A stretch of DNA of 62,940 bases, filler included, from Catajapyx aquilonaris (taxonomy: Eukaryota), in the NCBI GenBank assembly GCA_000934665.2. It is 3 parts of 3 records of this genome, joined end to end, with 100 filler letters (N's around TTAATTAATTAA, not from the genome) between each part and the next. Parts side by side here need not be neighbours in the genome. Positions count along the whole stretch, not along the records: positions 1 to 22,092 come from JYFJ02006296.1; 2 more parts are not named here. One strand, given 5' to 3'. Shown in pieces: positions 1-13,581 of the stretch. The translations under genes and the position numbers were made by a program. Under the pieces are notes generated by a model. That model was not told where the DNA came from, searched no databases, and saw nothing but the letters and a program-made list of their open reading frames with translations. Numbering within the stretch: the first letter of the stretch is position 1; each line of letters starts with the position of its first letter.

Positions 1-400
1 GTTTTTAAAAGCGCGCCAGACGCAGGACCAATCGGGGCGAGGGAGGGCGGGGCTCAGGCCGCCTGTCTCTCTAGCCATGTACAGTTTGTTAATATGCGGC
101 CCGCTCCCCCTCGGTCTCGACTCCCGACTGATGTCCTTCGTCCTGTCCCCGCCAGAGGCGCTGCCGGCTTTCCCTTTCACTTTCGCTCGCCACACCCCTA
201 CCGCTTTCCTGGCTCTTCCATTGGTGGATAGGTCCGTAAGCCTACGTATTCCGTATTCCGTGTCCGTCAAAAGTTGATTTCAACCAACTTTTCCGTTTAG
301 TAATCCCTTTCACTTTTCGTCATCCTCAAGTGGGCTCTGATTGGTCCACTCTTTCGGATCGTTCTTTTCGTATGCTCCCGTCAGCTAGTGTGAACCCCCC
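1..400. mobile_element. Terminal part of a TIR DNA transposon (Harbinger- or Kolobok-like); other end not in window
   Basis: GC-rich stretch ending in GTGTGAACCCCCC immediately followed by TTAA, after which the DNA becomes AT-rich. Only one end is visible. Confidence 0.35.
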
Positions 401-2935
401 TTAAGACACTGTGTGCTAATTATTCAGCAATATTTTAAATCACTCGTTCATTTTCCAATATACAATGCACCTAAAATTACTTGTCAATTTATTACAAAGG
501 CCTATTAGATCCAACACGATGCTTTAGCATACAGTATTAAGCCTGTACAAAGTCTGAGTTTTGTACAGCTCACAAAGTACAAAGGAGCCCTTCCGCACAG
601 AATCTTCTTATTCCAAATATAGATCCCACCCAGCAGAAATCATCCCTGTGAAATTGAAATCTCTCCCATGGTATCCTGGGAAACACCACCCAGCACACGA
701 GCTCTTTGAAACCATTTGGAATAGTCTCCTTTCACACGAGTGCATCAACCCCAAAGACTTCTCTAACCCACGCAATTACCCCTGCTACTAGATCACCTGA
801 AAATACACGGTCACCTTCCACTTGCGAATTCACCCTCGGCTGGTCTGGAAATGCGCATCAGTAGACTACTTGAATAAGCAAGGCTCCCCGAATTCATTGA
901 ATTAAAGCCTCCCCCCCCCCCCCCNCCCCAGAGGTAGACAGAAACCTGGGAAAACGACCGTTCCATCTATTAATCACTGGAACGTACTGTAAAACTGCAA
1001 CCCCCTCTGCGTTCCTGCGATTCCTGGACGCTTAAACACTACTGCAATGCAGCCCTTCCAGTTAGACATAGTACAGTACAATACCTACAGTGCACCCTAT
1101 AACCCCTCCCTAGGCGATAAACAACGCTCAGTCGTGTTCCTAGCCCTCCAGATATATTCATTTCCCTCCCTCCACCGCGAAATCTTCCTTCGAGACACGA
1201 CTCTAATCTAAACCCAAGTCCGCAAACTGGGCCTTTATATGCACTTTTAGGAAAAACGTGGTGGAATTCATGCATTTTTCATAGTCACAGGGTGATCCGT
1301 AATTATCATACTGTTACTATAGTGTGTGGTGGTCATGATTATTGGTTGCATATTATACCTGGAGAATTTTTAAAAAGGAGTGTGAGGGGGGACTCTGGGT
1401 AATCAATGAGAAGATCCATATACACCCCTCCTGCGCTTGCATGCGTCTGTGCCCATAATCCTACGCATCAATTTGCTTTACTATCCCCCGACGAGCAGCT
1501 CGACGGAAATAAATCAGGTCTGGTAGCCACGCCCTTGTTTTTATTGCAGGTAAGGTATGGGTGTATGGGTAGGTCTCGAAGTCTCGGGTCATGGACCGTA
1601 TAGTGTGCGTAAGAAAGTTGGCAAATCATGTTGGTGGATACGAGTTAGAACGACTGAAAAACAAAAAATGGCGACACGCATGTGAGAATATTAAAAATGT
1701 GGAATATGTGGACATGTGAATAAAATGAGAGGAACATAAGACAGTCGCTGTCACTCATCCTTTTATAGGTTTCCCATTCTTCGTACTATCTTTTCTCCTC
1801 TGAAGCAGACACAAAGCTTGGATTAAGGTTCCCATTCGCAAAACGGATCATTATATTTCCCCCAGGTCTTTGCTGCTTTTTTTTTCATATGGAAAGCCTG
1901 TAAGTTAAACCATTATTTCGGCAAAAAAGGTGCATCACATGTAATCAAGCACGGCCGATCATTTCTGACAAGATTACAGTACAATATCATTAAATGGAGG
2001 CTGGATGTCAGGTGTCATTCAGTTAATCAGCCAGCTGACGTATATCAGCAACTCGCTTTGCGAGTCAGCAATAATGCGTGCATACTCAAAGTACAGTGTA
2101 TAACACCTTTTAAAAAATGGAGATTGGTGAACCATTTTGTCCTGTGGACATTTTTCGAAATTGACTACATAACTTTGCTAAGATTAAATGCGTTTATGTT
2201 GACGCAGAGGGTGTTAAAAATATCCTACTGTTACACGCCGGAAGTTTAATTTTTAGACATATTCAGCTACAGGTGGTGTAGCTATAACTATGCTTACGGC
2301 TCAAAATAATTATTGCAATTTACGTGCAAGTGGAATTCCTGTTCAGCCTATTCCACTTTATTCCCGGTATTCCTGCCACCCTCGACTTTCAAAATATTCT
2401 GCTCACAGGCAGGCTCCAGCAATAATGCAAAATCGTTGCAAAAAAATCTCTCTTTAAATAGCGACCGAAAACGCATATACCCGCCACAAAAAAGAACCCA
2501 ATTTCCATCCTCCCAAACCTCATTACAGCAGCCTAAATATTAGAAACCTCCCCGGAGCTGCGGAGCTCATAACCTCGGCTTTGTTGTGTACCTACGTATG
2601 TAATCCCTTGGTCCAAGATAAACCATCTGAGCAACAATATTTTCCAGCAGCTGGAAAGCAGGCTCCTAGTACTCCATCTCACTAGCAAATCATATGCTGG
2701 CTATTGTGCTAACATGAGAGTCAGCACAGGATACCTACCCCAGCCCCTCCTTCCCCCTCCCCCCACACCTGAGTCTTCACCACTATTCATGCGATGCTGC
2801 AAAAATGAGCAAATAATTTATACTACATTGAAAATCAACATGAGGAATCTGAATATTTATTAATAACATCTGCATTGATGATTAACATAATATGCAAAAA
2901 CAGGTGAGCTTTTTTAATTGGGGGAAAGGGGTTTA

Positions 2936-3480
2936 CTGGTCCTTGCCCAGGATGATGCAGGTGCCTCGTTCCCTTCTCTGACCCATTGTCATGAAAACAG
3001 GCTGAAATGAAATAAATGATACGGTTACCATAAATATATCTGCAAAGGCTGTGCCTTTAATGTTCATTTTAACTATTAACTTACCCTCCGTTTTGGTGCT
3101 GGGGATATTGGCCCAGTGCATGAATATTGCTGCATGTCCCACTTGCATCAAGTCGGATACTGCAATCCGAATATTCATAAATCACAAGCGCATATCATTT
3201 TGCGCATAAGCAGCAGATGAGGTTTTTTGTTACACCTGTGGGTTTTTTACAGGTCCTTGCCAAAGCTGACGCAGCCGCCTCATTCTCCTTCTGTGAGCCA
3301 GTCGACTCATAAAGACAGACTGAAATGAAATAAATGATGAATGACTGTTCCAATCATGTTACCATATATGTTATGCAGAGGTTGTCTTTAATGTTCATTT
3401 TAACTATATACCCTTCGTTGTGGTGGGGATATTGGCTCAGTGCCTGAACGTTGCCACATTTCCCATTTGAAATTGGGATA
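2936..3480. repeat. Diverged tandem duplication (about 315-bp period) of an exon-intron-exon block
   Basis: The blocks GGTCCTTGCC...CTGAAATGAAATAAATGAT...TTTAATGTTCATTTTAACTAT...GGGGATATTGGC occur in the same order from about 2938 and about 3252. Confidence 0.8.
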
Positions 3481-3924
3481 CTTCTTGCTGATGATGTTGC
3501 CCACACACTTGTACTGCAAGGCAATTATCCTGCGGTTTTGTGAATTTGGCACTAGCTTATGCTGACTGAAAATATATGGAAAGGGCAGGCTATAATTATA
3601 TTGTAATTGTATCACTGCTTATTTGGTATATAGCACTATATATACGGATGGTACAACAAGCCTGGAGAGGCTATGTCTATAATACTTACTCAAGGAATGC
3701 TATAATCTCGTCCTTTGCCTGTGATGATGCATCCTTGTAGGCTTCGGTGCAACTTGTTATCTCTGCATCATTCAAAAGTGCATCAATAGTTGGACTGAAG
3801 TGGAACATTGTAAACTCTTGGGTCATGCATGTTTCCCAATCCTGAAAGACAGGTATGTTGACAATTACTTTATTTGTCCACTGACAAAATTTCCACACTT
3901 ATGTAACTGTATGGTGTTCCCAAT

Positions 3925-4465
3925 CCATTATGGCCCCCCTTTTTTGTACAGTGGCCAGGGCTACAGTAAATCATTGACATTTACACATAAATGCTCCAAA
4001 GTCGCAGACACCTGATATCAGGGATGGAAAAAGAACCGCTTCTTTGGGCGGTAAGCGGTTCTTTTTCTATCCCTGCACATGGAAAAAAGAAGCGCTTCTT
4101 GGAAGGAAGCGGTACTTTTTCCATCCCTGCCTGATATGCATTTTGCTGCTTGAGATATTGCGAAATGACGCACTTCTTGCATATGAACAAGTTACCAACT
4201 CCACAAACCAAAATGTCAACAATTTCAGAAAATACAGGTGACTTGTCCTGGGCCTCAGTAATTATAAAATAACCTTTTGTTGTACAAACATGATGCAATA
4301 GTGATTTGACTCACAGATATATACAATGCCACTACCATTACCGGTATATGTTTCGTAGGTTTCATTTGTGGCCAAATAGTCTGCTGCAGAATATGGCATT
4401 GCCAGTTTTGCTACTTGGTGGTGCCCCTCCAGGCAAAGACATAAGCAGGTGGTTTGCGCCATTAC
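3925..4465 (-). pseudogene. C-terminal remnant of EnSpm/CACTA transposase
   Basis: Reads KGYFIITEAQDKSPVFSEIVDILVCGVGNLFICKKC...NAYQ. After removing the MITE at 4019-4129 it continues VSATLEHLCVNVNDLL*PWPLY. This resembles the recurrent 'P.FG.I..I...F.C...AY.V...DL...PL' tail of animal EnSpm transposases. Contains stops and frameshifts. Confidence 0.6.
4019..4129. mobile_element. hAT-type MITE (111 bp)
   Basis: TIR CAGGGATGGAAAAAG...CTTTTTCCATCCCTG. Perfect 8-bp TSD CCTGATAT at 4011-4018 and 4130-4137. Confidence 0.9.
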
Positions 4466-7400
4466 AGAACTACAATATGTTCAGTCTCTTCTTCAGAGCC
4501 TATTTCGGCAGGTTCACAAGTGGCACTAGTGTCTTGTTCAATTTCCATTATACTCTCATTTCTCTTGGTTGAAAATGCATTTTATATTTGGAAATCTTTC
4601 GTACAAATTAGTTGCCAACATGACATTTATATTTGACGGATGCAACTGCTGCATATGGCGACAAAATCTCTCCTATTTGTCACTCTGGAAAGTGCATTTT
4701 GGACAGGTGTGGTTCCATATGCCACTACTTTGATACATCACCTTTGACGCAGTAGATGCACTGGCGTGTTGTGCAGTTCCTCCAGCTCCAGGAATACTGC
4801 TGGATGGCTCTGCTGTTGCACCTGTGAAGATGTCTCGTCTCAAAACAAAAACAAACAATTTGCATTTTGTAGGCAGCTAATGACACAGCTGCTAAACAAG
4901 AAGGCATGAACAAAGCATCTGAAATATTGTGACTGAAACACTTCCTATACTTCAAAGCTTCCGTTCGTTGGAGTGATGTGTTAAATAACGGCACAGATCA
5001 TAATCGTTATATCGTCTAATTTTTCAATTATCAATAAGGATGCGTCTTATGTTATGGTGCAGTGCACCTAATGTGCTGATGTTATACTGAAACCAAAGTG
5101 GTCTGAAGCAAGTTACCATACCTGATGCTTGATCACTTCTCTCGGTATAACCCGTCTGAGACTCTTCCTTGCTGCAATGTGCAAGTGATGGCGGATTCAG
5201 CTCTGAAAAAATCAAGTTCAAATTATTATCAAGGGAACCAAGGATGTGTTTGTCAATTGGACAATGCTGGTGAGTAACAAATTAATGCCAACGACGAAAT
5301 GGGTGGAAGGAAAGAAATGCTTGTGCAAATATCTAGCATGATTTATATACGTGCAAGAAACTGATATCTTTGTCAAACATTTAACTGGGTACAAAGACTG
5401 GGTACGACATCATACAGGATGCCAACAACGCAAGTGAATTTGTATGTTTTGTGGCTCAAACTCTCAAATGTCTAGCAATATCTCCATTTAATATGCTAAC
5501 CGATATGCGATATGGCCTTTCATTTCACTGCCTGGTGCACAATTTCAGTCTTCGGCGAGAACCGAGTCGAAAATTCCATGGTCAGCGACAATTTCGTTGC
5601 AAACTAAATTCGTCACTAACCTCGGATTTTTTTTTTTCAATCCATAGGACTACATCATATTCGTTGTGGTGACAAATAGACTTGACCCATAGATTAATAA
5701 GGAGCCACCTTACTAATCTATTACCTGACCTTGAGAGCCTGTAGCTGAATTCAGATGGAATGGACCAGGACATTATTTTTTTTAAGGATACAGCAAGAGC
5801 TTGAGCAAGACAGGGTTGCAAGTTCTGCAGGGGGAAAAATGAGTATAATTTCACTGTACCTTCTTCACGATGTTCTGGTGGCATATGGGCACAATAGTCA
5901 CACTTGTGGCCCTCAGCTGGCAGTTCGTAATACTCGCAATCACATTTCTTGCAGGCCCCACGCACTTTTCCCCTCCGGTCCCTCATCTTGCGCGTATCAC
6001 CTGTTCACTTGTGCAGCAGAAATTACACCAACTTGCACTCCAACACAAGTGATGCAAGGCTGAGGGTTTTTCCCCGCTCGACAAATGCGCAGATCTCATT
6101 GTGCTGTTTGGATATGTCACGTGACTTTTAATGTGCCGACCGGTGTGCTGACTAAACAGGTGTTCTAGGCTAGCACGCCACGTGCTGACTGGAGAAACGG
6201 TCAGCACCCCATCTCGCGTATATGTGCTGACTCGGTGCTGACGCCTAAAAATTCCCCGTGCTTATATAGAACTAGACCAACTTGTGCTATATACGACATA
6301 GCACATAATCAGCACATGATTTGTAGTACCATCAAGGCCAGGGAACAATGATAAATAAAATCCCATTGAGCACGTGGCTGCTGGGCCAAGATTACCCCCA
6401 AAATGCTTCGGGGGTTTGTTTAGCACACTTCAGATAGGTGAAAAAATATGGGTGTTACAAAGGTCGGCGGAATGGGACTCATTTTTTCTGCTTTGTGATG
6501 AAGCATTATCGAGACTGCAGCCATTGATCAAACAAAAAAGTGTGGGCTGTACGTATATCAGAAGCGGAAGGATTTTTTTGGTCAAAAGTCAAAAGGACGA
6601 GTTCCGCGGAAATGTTTAAATTCAGGTCCGATTGTCTATTTCGGTTCGTGTTCGGGAAAGCTCATTTGCGAGCGAGGCGGCTGTGTGCGGGTGTCAAATA
6701 TGTGTGATTCCGCACATGGAGAAATTCCCAGCCATGTGTATACGTGGGTTGGTCTTCATTCAGGTCTGTTATGTCATGGCAAACAGGATGGGTAATATGT
6801 ATGGGGTATGCTAAAAACCTGCTCAAAGCAGTTGTATGCTTTAAAAAGTAATATAGTTAGTAACAAAGCACAAGGGTATATCAAATCAGTCTGTATCAAT
6901 ATCGTAAGCTGCTGCCCTTACACATTCAACATACTGCGCAAATTCTGAGTATATCCTAGCCCTATATAAAAGGTCAACTGTTGTACAGTATAACCGTTTT
7001 ATTAATACTAACCGTATGCTACGGTTGATGAATCAAAGCATTGCTGATACGCTCAAATTTAAATAAACCTAGAATTAGCCATTAGGATATGGCCTCCTTC
7101 ATTTACCCGTGAATGTTCAGTGCCCCATATTGTTAATCGCGTATACCTGTATCCATGTAATAACCGGTGAGCATGAGCATCATTCATTACCCGATTGTTT
7201 TTGCCCCATTGGCTGCTATACCAGGCTCAGAATTAGGACATTATTTCGCAAGGAATTTCTGACGTTATAACCACTTCAGCTACTGCATAATTTTGGAATC
7301 TGACCATCAATTATTGTGTGAAATTAAATGCGGCTTTTTAAAGAAAATACGTACTGTACCGGTACGTCGAAAAATGGAATTAAACCAAGCGTGTTATTCG

Positions 7401-7911
7401 AACGATCCTTTTATCACAGTACAAGGAAACGCTGGATTGAACGCCGCAGGGATTATTTCCTCTTACAAGTAGAAGCCGACTAATCCTCGCCTCGCAGAAG
7501 CAATGAGGTTGAAGACGCCCACCAGGCATGTGTTCAGGGTTCATTAACCAACCACTAACCACCTATGTTCTTATTTCTTTTATTACAAAAGTCTCAAGCC
7601 GCATGGTTGGGCAATTCCAACAAGGATGAATGCTTTCAGAGAAAATTTAATTTAAATTTTTTCCCATGTATGGTTTAACAAAAAAAATTATGACAAACTC
7701 CCCTCGGACACTCGTGTAGTTTTTTCAACTATTAGTATCTCTACCAAAAAAGTTTAAAAAGGTTCTGCAAACACTGTCAGAATCTCATCACTCAATCTTG
7801 TCAGTGTGAACGACTCGAGTGGAGAATTCAAACACGTTATGTGTGGACACCCTACAATACAGGTAACCAATACAGATTGATGTATGCAATATGTATTAAA
7901 ATATGACTTAC

Positions 7912-8054
7912 ATGTGACGCCTTTCTCCAGGTCCTCGTAATATCCGCAGCAGGCCAGCTGCTGTAGAAGTACCGGATGCACTTTTTCTAGTGTCTTGAAT
8001 TGGCGAAGGTGAGAGAAGATAATGTCCACGTCCTTCATCGTCCGGTTGCATGGC
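7912..8054 (-). CDS. RAPGEF4: Internal coding exon of Epac2-like Rap guanine nucleotide exchange factor (start of N-terminal cAMP-binding domain)
   Basis: CACAG acceptor and GTAAGT donor bound 143 nt encoding (R)PCNRTMKDVDIIFSHLRQFKTLEKVHPVLLQQLACCGYYEDLEKGVT. This matches Epac2 'RP.[45 protein letters not shown]'. Neighbouring exons were not identified in the window. Confidence 0.9.
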
Positions 8055-11000
8055 CTGTGACAGGATAAAAGGAGAATTTTTATTCGGTGTCATCATTAGA
8101 CAGTTTTCTAAAATTGCACCCTCAGGGCTTACTACATCAGTGTCAAATGGAAGCATTTCAATCAGCAGTTTTGTTCAGTTGAAGTGCCTAGGGGCCAGGT
8201 ATATAGGACCACCTTTTCTTGACGACAAGCCTTCTGGCCTATCAAAGTTCTCAGAGAGCAAATGAAATTCCTGATAGTCCTGCAAGAAAAGACGGCCCCA
8301 CTTTTTTTTTCTCCCTTCTTCGACCCAACAGTGGCCTTTTTTTTCGAATGAAAATGTCTCTCGATAACGGTTCCTGCTTCTGTGAGTGTTGCTTAGGCAA
8401 CGTGGAGATTGGCTGGAGTCGAATCACACCAGCATCTTCACACAACTTGACAACAAGATGTTTTGCTGGTCCCTACTATAAGGAAAGGTGGTTTCCGGGA
8501 AAAAAATGGGTCAATTCTCCAAAGTACGCTCAATACTGTGTCCTGAGAGACATGTGACAGTAATGTATTGGCTTAGCCGGAAAATGTTATTAATAATTGA
8601 ATGATTTTTTGGGGGGTATTTGCAATTACGAAATTACCTCTCAGGCTCCATGCAAATAGCGCAAGTGCAGGTCAGCGATTTGAACTTGATGTTTGCACAA
8701 CGTCTGAAATTCCTCAACTGTAGCACACAAGTACGATGGAAGCTCAAATATTTCACCAAGGCTGAACCGTCGATATCTACATCAGCAACAATAACTCTTC
8801 TCAAAACCTGAACCCATAAGGAATGTACAGTACACCTCATAAGCTGAATATCAATGCACCATTTGAAACTGGGTTCAACTCGTTTCCGCATTACAACACT
8901 ACCAGACTCCATATTTCCCTACCTAAAAAACTTGAATAGCATTACCATACATTACTTCAGCGAAAGCTAACTAAAGCTGCTCTGATTTAGACTATGTTTT
9001 CCTTTCCTCTGCCTCTATTCAAAACAGCCTTTGGGCTTTAATGCAAGGTTAAGCAGGAAGAAAAATATTAGGCAGGTCTTAGCCAGACACTTCAATTAGC
9101 ACAAAGCTAGATGAAACCGAACCGTGAATACAAAATCTTGCCAGATATCTGAACTGTCAACGTCATTCTCGCTCGCCAAGATTATCAAGCCGCAAGCAAA
9201 CTGTACCGGAAATGCTTCTCTGTATGTTTTTCGTTTAAATAAAATAATGAGGACCGGTAATATTTCTAATAGTTTCTTCGTCGTTTTAGGAAAGGCTATT
9301 AAGCGTCATATATCATAATTTTCATTGGTTTCAAGTACACTGTCAGTTAGAAACCGTAATTTCATGTCAAATGCAGTTTTTTACTGACACTGACAGGTTG
9401 TGAAGAGGAAGTGACTTCTTAATTTTAGAATATTGGAAATACGACTGTGGGGATGGAATGATATTAAAGCTGTTCTTGCATGAATAAACGTGAATATCTA
9501 TAGACTGTAATGTATAACCTGGTACAGCTTTGCCGTTTTAAACTCACGGCTTTCAGGCTCGGAAATCCGGCGAGAGAGGAAAATCCTAAAACTTTGTTAT
9601 ACGGAACTCTCGAACGACAATACAAGTACAAGTGCCACAGTAACGAATTTTGTCATGCAAGAATTAAAGAGAGAAGCATAATATACAATGGAATGATAGT
9701 TCATATTACATTAGTAAATACAATTAAACGCGAGTAAGCGTGGAGTAATTGCCAGTTCTCACTGGGGGGTATGACTGTACTATTGAATAGTACTGGAGGC
9801 TATGTGCATCACAGTACAGCACATGGACCAACCACTTAACTCGCTAACTGGTTTTCACAATGTTATTATATTATGGTCAAATACATATGAACATGCGGCC
9901 ACATTCCAGTGCTGCATTTGCATCATTAGTCATTACCAAAGTGACAAATGACTGACAGGTACTTTTAGTATGTGCGTCAGACATTACTTTTACAGACTAT
10001 TATGGGGTGACTATCACCCCCAAGGTAAATTAAATAGGTGAAGGAAGAAGAGGGATATTTCATCCCGTATCCTATGCCTGCTCCTTTGATGTAACATGCA
10101 ATTAGTTGAGTGCACAGCTGTAGGGCAACAGGGTGTGCCAAAACTTATGTTGAACCAGAAAGACAAAGTCATTCTGGTTGTTGTGTCATTGAGATCTGGT
10201 GTTTGGAACCCACTTATTTTTGCCTCCATAACATAATAATCACCAAGCAACAAGGGGAAAGGATGTTTTGGACAGTTAGAGGAAACGGAATCCCGAGCAA
10301 ACCCACACGAAAATGGAGAGAACATCACAGCATGAAGAAAATCATATTCCTTGACAGTTATTTGCTAACTTGATTGAGAGTTGAAACACGCTACCCATGA
10401 ATCTTATTTACACGTTTTCGTAATTTTTATAACACATTAATTCCCACTTTCCATTGAAGGTAATGAAAGAACTTCCGAACATCTTTGATAAACAACTTTT
10501 CGTTATGTACTGTACGCCTCATTACCGTTAATGAGCTTCACTGGCAACAAACCCTGCCAGCCTACCCAGCACTGTAGATGCAGACCAGAAGATTAATTTG
10601 CGCCGAATCCGCATTCCGGTGCAAAATATTCTCCCGGGTAGAGGTGATGGCTCCTGGAATTTTAATTTATGACACACACACACATACCAACGCTATGTAA
10701 AGTCAATGCTCCTAGGATAATCCCACCAAGCTCCACTTCCTACATTCTTTTTCACTCAGCTTGATTCACTGCTACAGTTCATTCCTCTTCCCAATCATCA
10801 TTCACCAACGTCATTGCTAAGTGAATCTAATGAGCATTTACCTCCCGTGAAAAAAAAATAAAATCTGTCGCATCCCAGCCCCATTCATTTTCTACTTTGC
10901 GGAGATTCTAATCTTACTCCCCAACGGCAAGGGGATTACGGTGCAATTGAATTGAAAATTTGCGCCGGGGCATTTTGTGCGGCAGAATTAATTACTCATC

Positions 11001-12587
11001 TGCGGCGATTAAAGCAAAAATGATTTAAAACTTGCTCCGTCAAAATGCAATCAAAACACCCGATAATTCCTCGCTTCTACACGTCGCATCTTGCTGTTAG
11101 CTGCTGCCAGGGACAATTAAGTTTCTCTCGCTCGAAGTAAAGTGGACAGGAGGAGTGGTGACAATGGCGACAATTAGGTGCTTCGGACTGCAAATGGGAG
11201 GCGGTTATTGCTGCAACTTCAAGGCCCTGTAAATTCCGTGGATGTGCTGCTGCTTTGGCCATGTCTTCTGCTAACATTCGGACCCTTAATTGGGCTTCAG
11301 GAGCAACCAACCCAAGGCCATAATTAACTTTTACTTCCAGCCAGGAGTGGAAAAGGCGGTCTTAAACCCAAAGTAGGCCTGTTTCAAATTGCAATTAGAG
11401 AGTTCAGAGAAACTTCCTTGCAAAGGGCAAGATGACTGGCTATAATAGGGCCCAACTTGCAAGTTGATCGGTATTAAAATCTAGCAAGCTTAACACTATC
11501 GGATAAAAAGCAAGTTTAATTTTTTATTATAAATGCTGGTTTGTTCAGAACATGTTATGTCAATTGGGTGCAGTACAGTTTGCAATATTTTTTTTTCCTC
11601 CATCATTGGCGGTTTCATAGCGATATTCACTCGAATGCCATCAAATGCGCTAGCAATTTTGTGATAAAGCTTATCTACTGCCATTTGGCTTTTTGTGTGG
11701 CGCACTGATTTTGGTTTTCACTCGTTTCCAGCCCCAAAATGGAGTGGAGATTGAATCTCCCGACCAGTCCCATAGTATTATTTTCATCGTCTGAAATGTT
11801 ACGCCTATTATCGAGGCTGCAGGCACTGCTCGAATTGTTAATTACGCAAAAGTAGCACACAAAGCTATGCCACTGTATTACACACGCTGAATAGAATTAT
11901 CGTTTCGGCCAATTATATAGAGCGCATGTGTACTTATTAACTGTCCACATGCATTTGAAACATCGAATATCATAGAGGAAGATCAGATGTGACTGGCTCA
12001 CCCACAATAATTAACTTTCCAGTTCACTGAACATTAAAACTGACACTAACAGATGTGGCCTAGAAATGTATGACTTCTGTCATACCATTGTGCAAATATT
12101 CTGTACATCATTACAGTAATTCACGGTGGAGTTCAAAATTCAAATTATCTGTCAGCATTTGAAAGCCTGCTCACTCGATCAGACCCCCGGATAATACTGT
12201 AATGTGGCAAACCCTCCTTACTTAGCTCATCAAACCAAATTCGACTTGTTTGATTTATTCAGTACCCTTACCCCCCCCCCCCCAACCAGCCTAGGCCTGT
12301 GTCTCTCTGCAAACGCCCCTCCTGAGAGAAGGAGGCCCTTCCAAAACTCCGACCTGGGACTTAAAGCAACAGTTGGGAGATCGATAGGAGGTGCCATGGG
12401 AAGAGGAAGGAAGAGGCTTCTCCTAGCTCAACTGCAGGATCACAAAATCGAGCTAGACGGGGTGTAACAAAAGTCACATTAGAATCACGTTGGGGGAATG
12501 GAAGCAGAAAAACGGCTGCTGATGTTCAGACAGTGCAGAAACCGTAAGGTTTCAGGGAGTCGACTCAAGTGAGCCAGTTTTAACTCA

Positions 12588-12890
12588 AGTCTAAAAAATT
12601 ATTTCGAGTAAAAATTTCACTCAAAAAAAGCCATTTCGCAAAATGCTCTTTTTGAGTGAATTTCTCTCCGGAAAGATTTACTTTAACTCTAATCGAGTGG
12701 AAAATTACTCGAAAGAAGAGGGGGAAAGAGTGGTATTGAGTGAAATCCATTTCTCTCAATTTGAGTGAAATTATCACTCCCTTTTCAATCAAGTGATCGA
12801 GGGATTTTCACTCAATAAAAGTTGTAGTCAAATCAAGTAGGCGAAATAGTGAAAAATTGAGTGTAAAAATACTCGATAATTTTTAGAGTG
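12588..12890. mobile_element. EnSpm/CACTA-type non-autonomous element
   Basis: Right end reads CACTCTAAAAATTATCGAGTA on the minus strand, with a degraded counterpart CTAAAAAATTATTTCGAGTA near 12591. Many internal TCACTC/GAGTGA repeats. Confidence 0.55.
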
Positions 12891-13581
12891 TATAAAGAAT
12901 TTATTGGAGAAAACGATAAATGTAAAACAAACAATTCGTTGGTTCGAAATAAGTACAATTTGAAATCTGATATTTCTCCTATAATTGATAATATTATCAA
13001 AGTAGGTGTGGATAACCCTGACGTTTATTTCCGCCGCGTTTTAAACGCCTAAAGCGTTAAATATTAATCCCCACCATGCTTGGCCATCTTTGATTTACGA
13101 GCCCCATTTTCACTAGACCCGGATAAAGCCCGGAGTTCTCTCATCCGACAAACGACAGTCATTGAATCTTCATGGGGTCCGGATTTCTTCTCCCAGCTCC
13201 TGCATTTTACATAACCAGACTTGCATATACATCGTGGGCACGACAAAGTGGCGCCCAACGCCAAAGCTGCTTGCCATTGATTTGCCGGGCTAACAAATAG
13301 GACGGCCCCAGGATTAAAGTGTGGTTCCAAGTGTGATTAAAGACTAGCCGTCGAGGGAAATGAGTTGAAGGTTTTGAGCTGCTCTGGTGATGTCGCGTGC
13401 TGAGGACGACGAAAAGGCGACATTTTTCTCTGGATAAAAATAGGGGCTGAGAAAAGGGCGAGGGCGAATGAGATTGCCAGTTTCGGGGGGGGGGGGGGAC
13501 CATGTCAATCTATGAGAAAATATATAATATCTTTAATATTTTAATCCAATGATTTCTTTCCGTACATGAACAAGTCTCATT

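Larger units (their letters stand above)
3231..5986 (-). pseudogene. Multi-exon CACTA accessory (TnpA-like) gene with N-terminal Cys/His zinc-binding motif, degraded
   Basis: GT-AG bounded exons: 5986-5860 (MRDRRGKVRGACKKCDCEYYE...GHKCDYCAHMPPEH), about 5201-5122, 4821-4742, 3842-3690 (DWETCMTQEF...EIIAFL), 3563-3412 (QYKCVGNIISKKYPNF) and 3319-3231 (SVFMSRLAHRRRMRR). The segment near 5824-5730 needs a frameshift. Confidence 0.55.
2680..6328 (-). mobile_element. Internally deleted CACTA/EnSpm DNA transposon
   Basis: Imperfect inverted ends: CACTAGCAAATCATATGCTGGCTATTGTGCTA (2680) versus reverse complement TACTACAAATCATGTGCTGATTATGTGCTA (6299-6328). Clustered GTGCTGAC/GTCAGCAC subterminal repeats at about 6140-6245 and 2720. 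An alternative CAC terminus lies at 6260. Contains an EnSpm transposase C-terminus and a spliced accessory gene. TSD not clear. Confidence 0.7.

Noticed and set aside
8160..8474. Additional Epac exon after a polypyrimidine/AG site near 8474
   Set aside because: The frame ends in a stop, has no usable in-phase donor and shows no Epac similarity.
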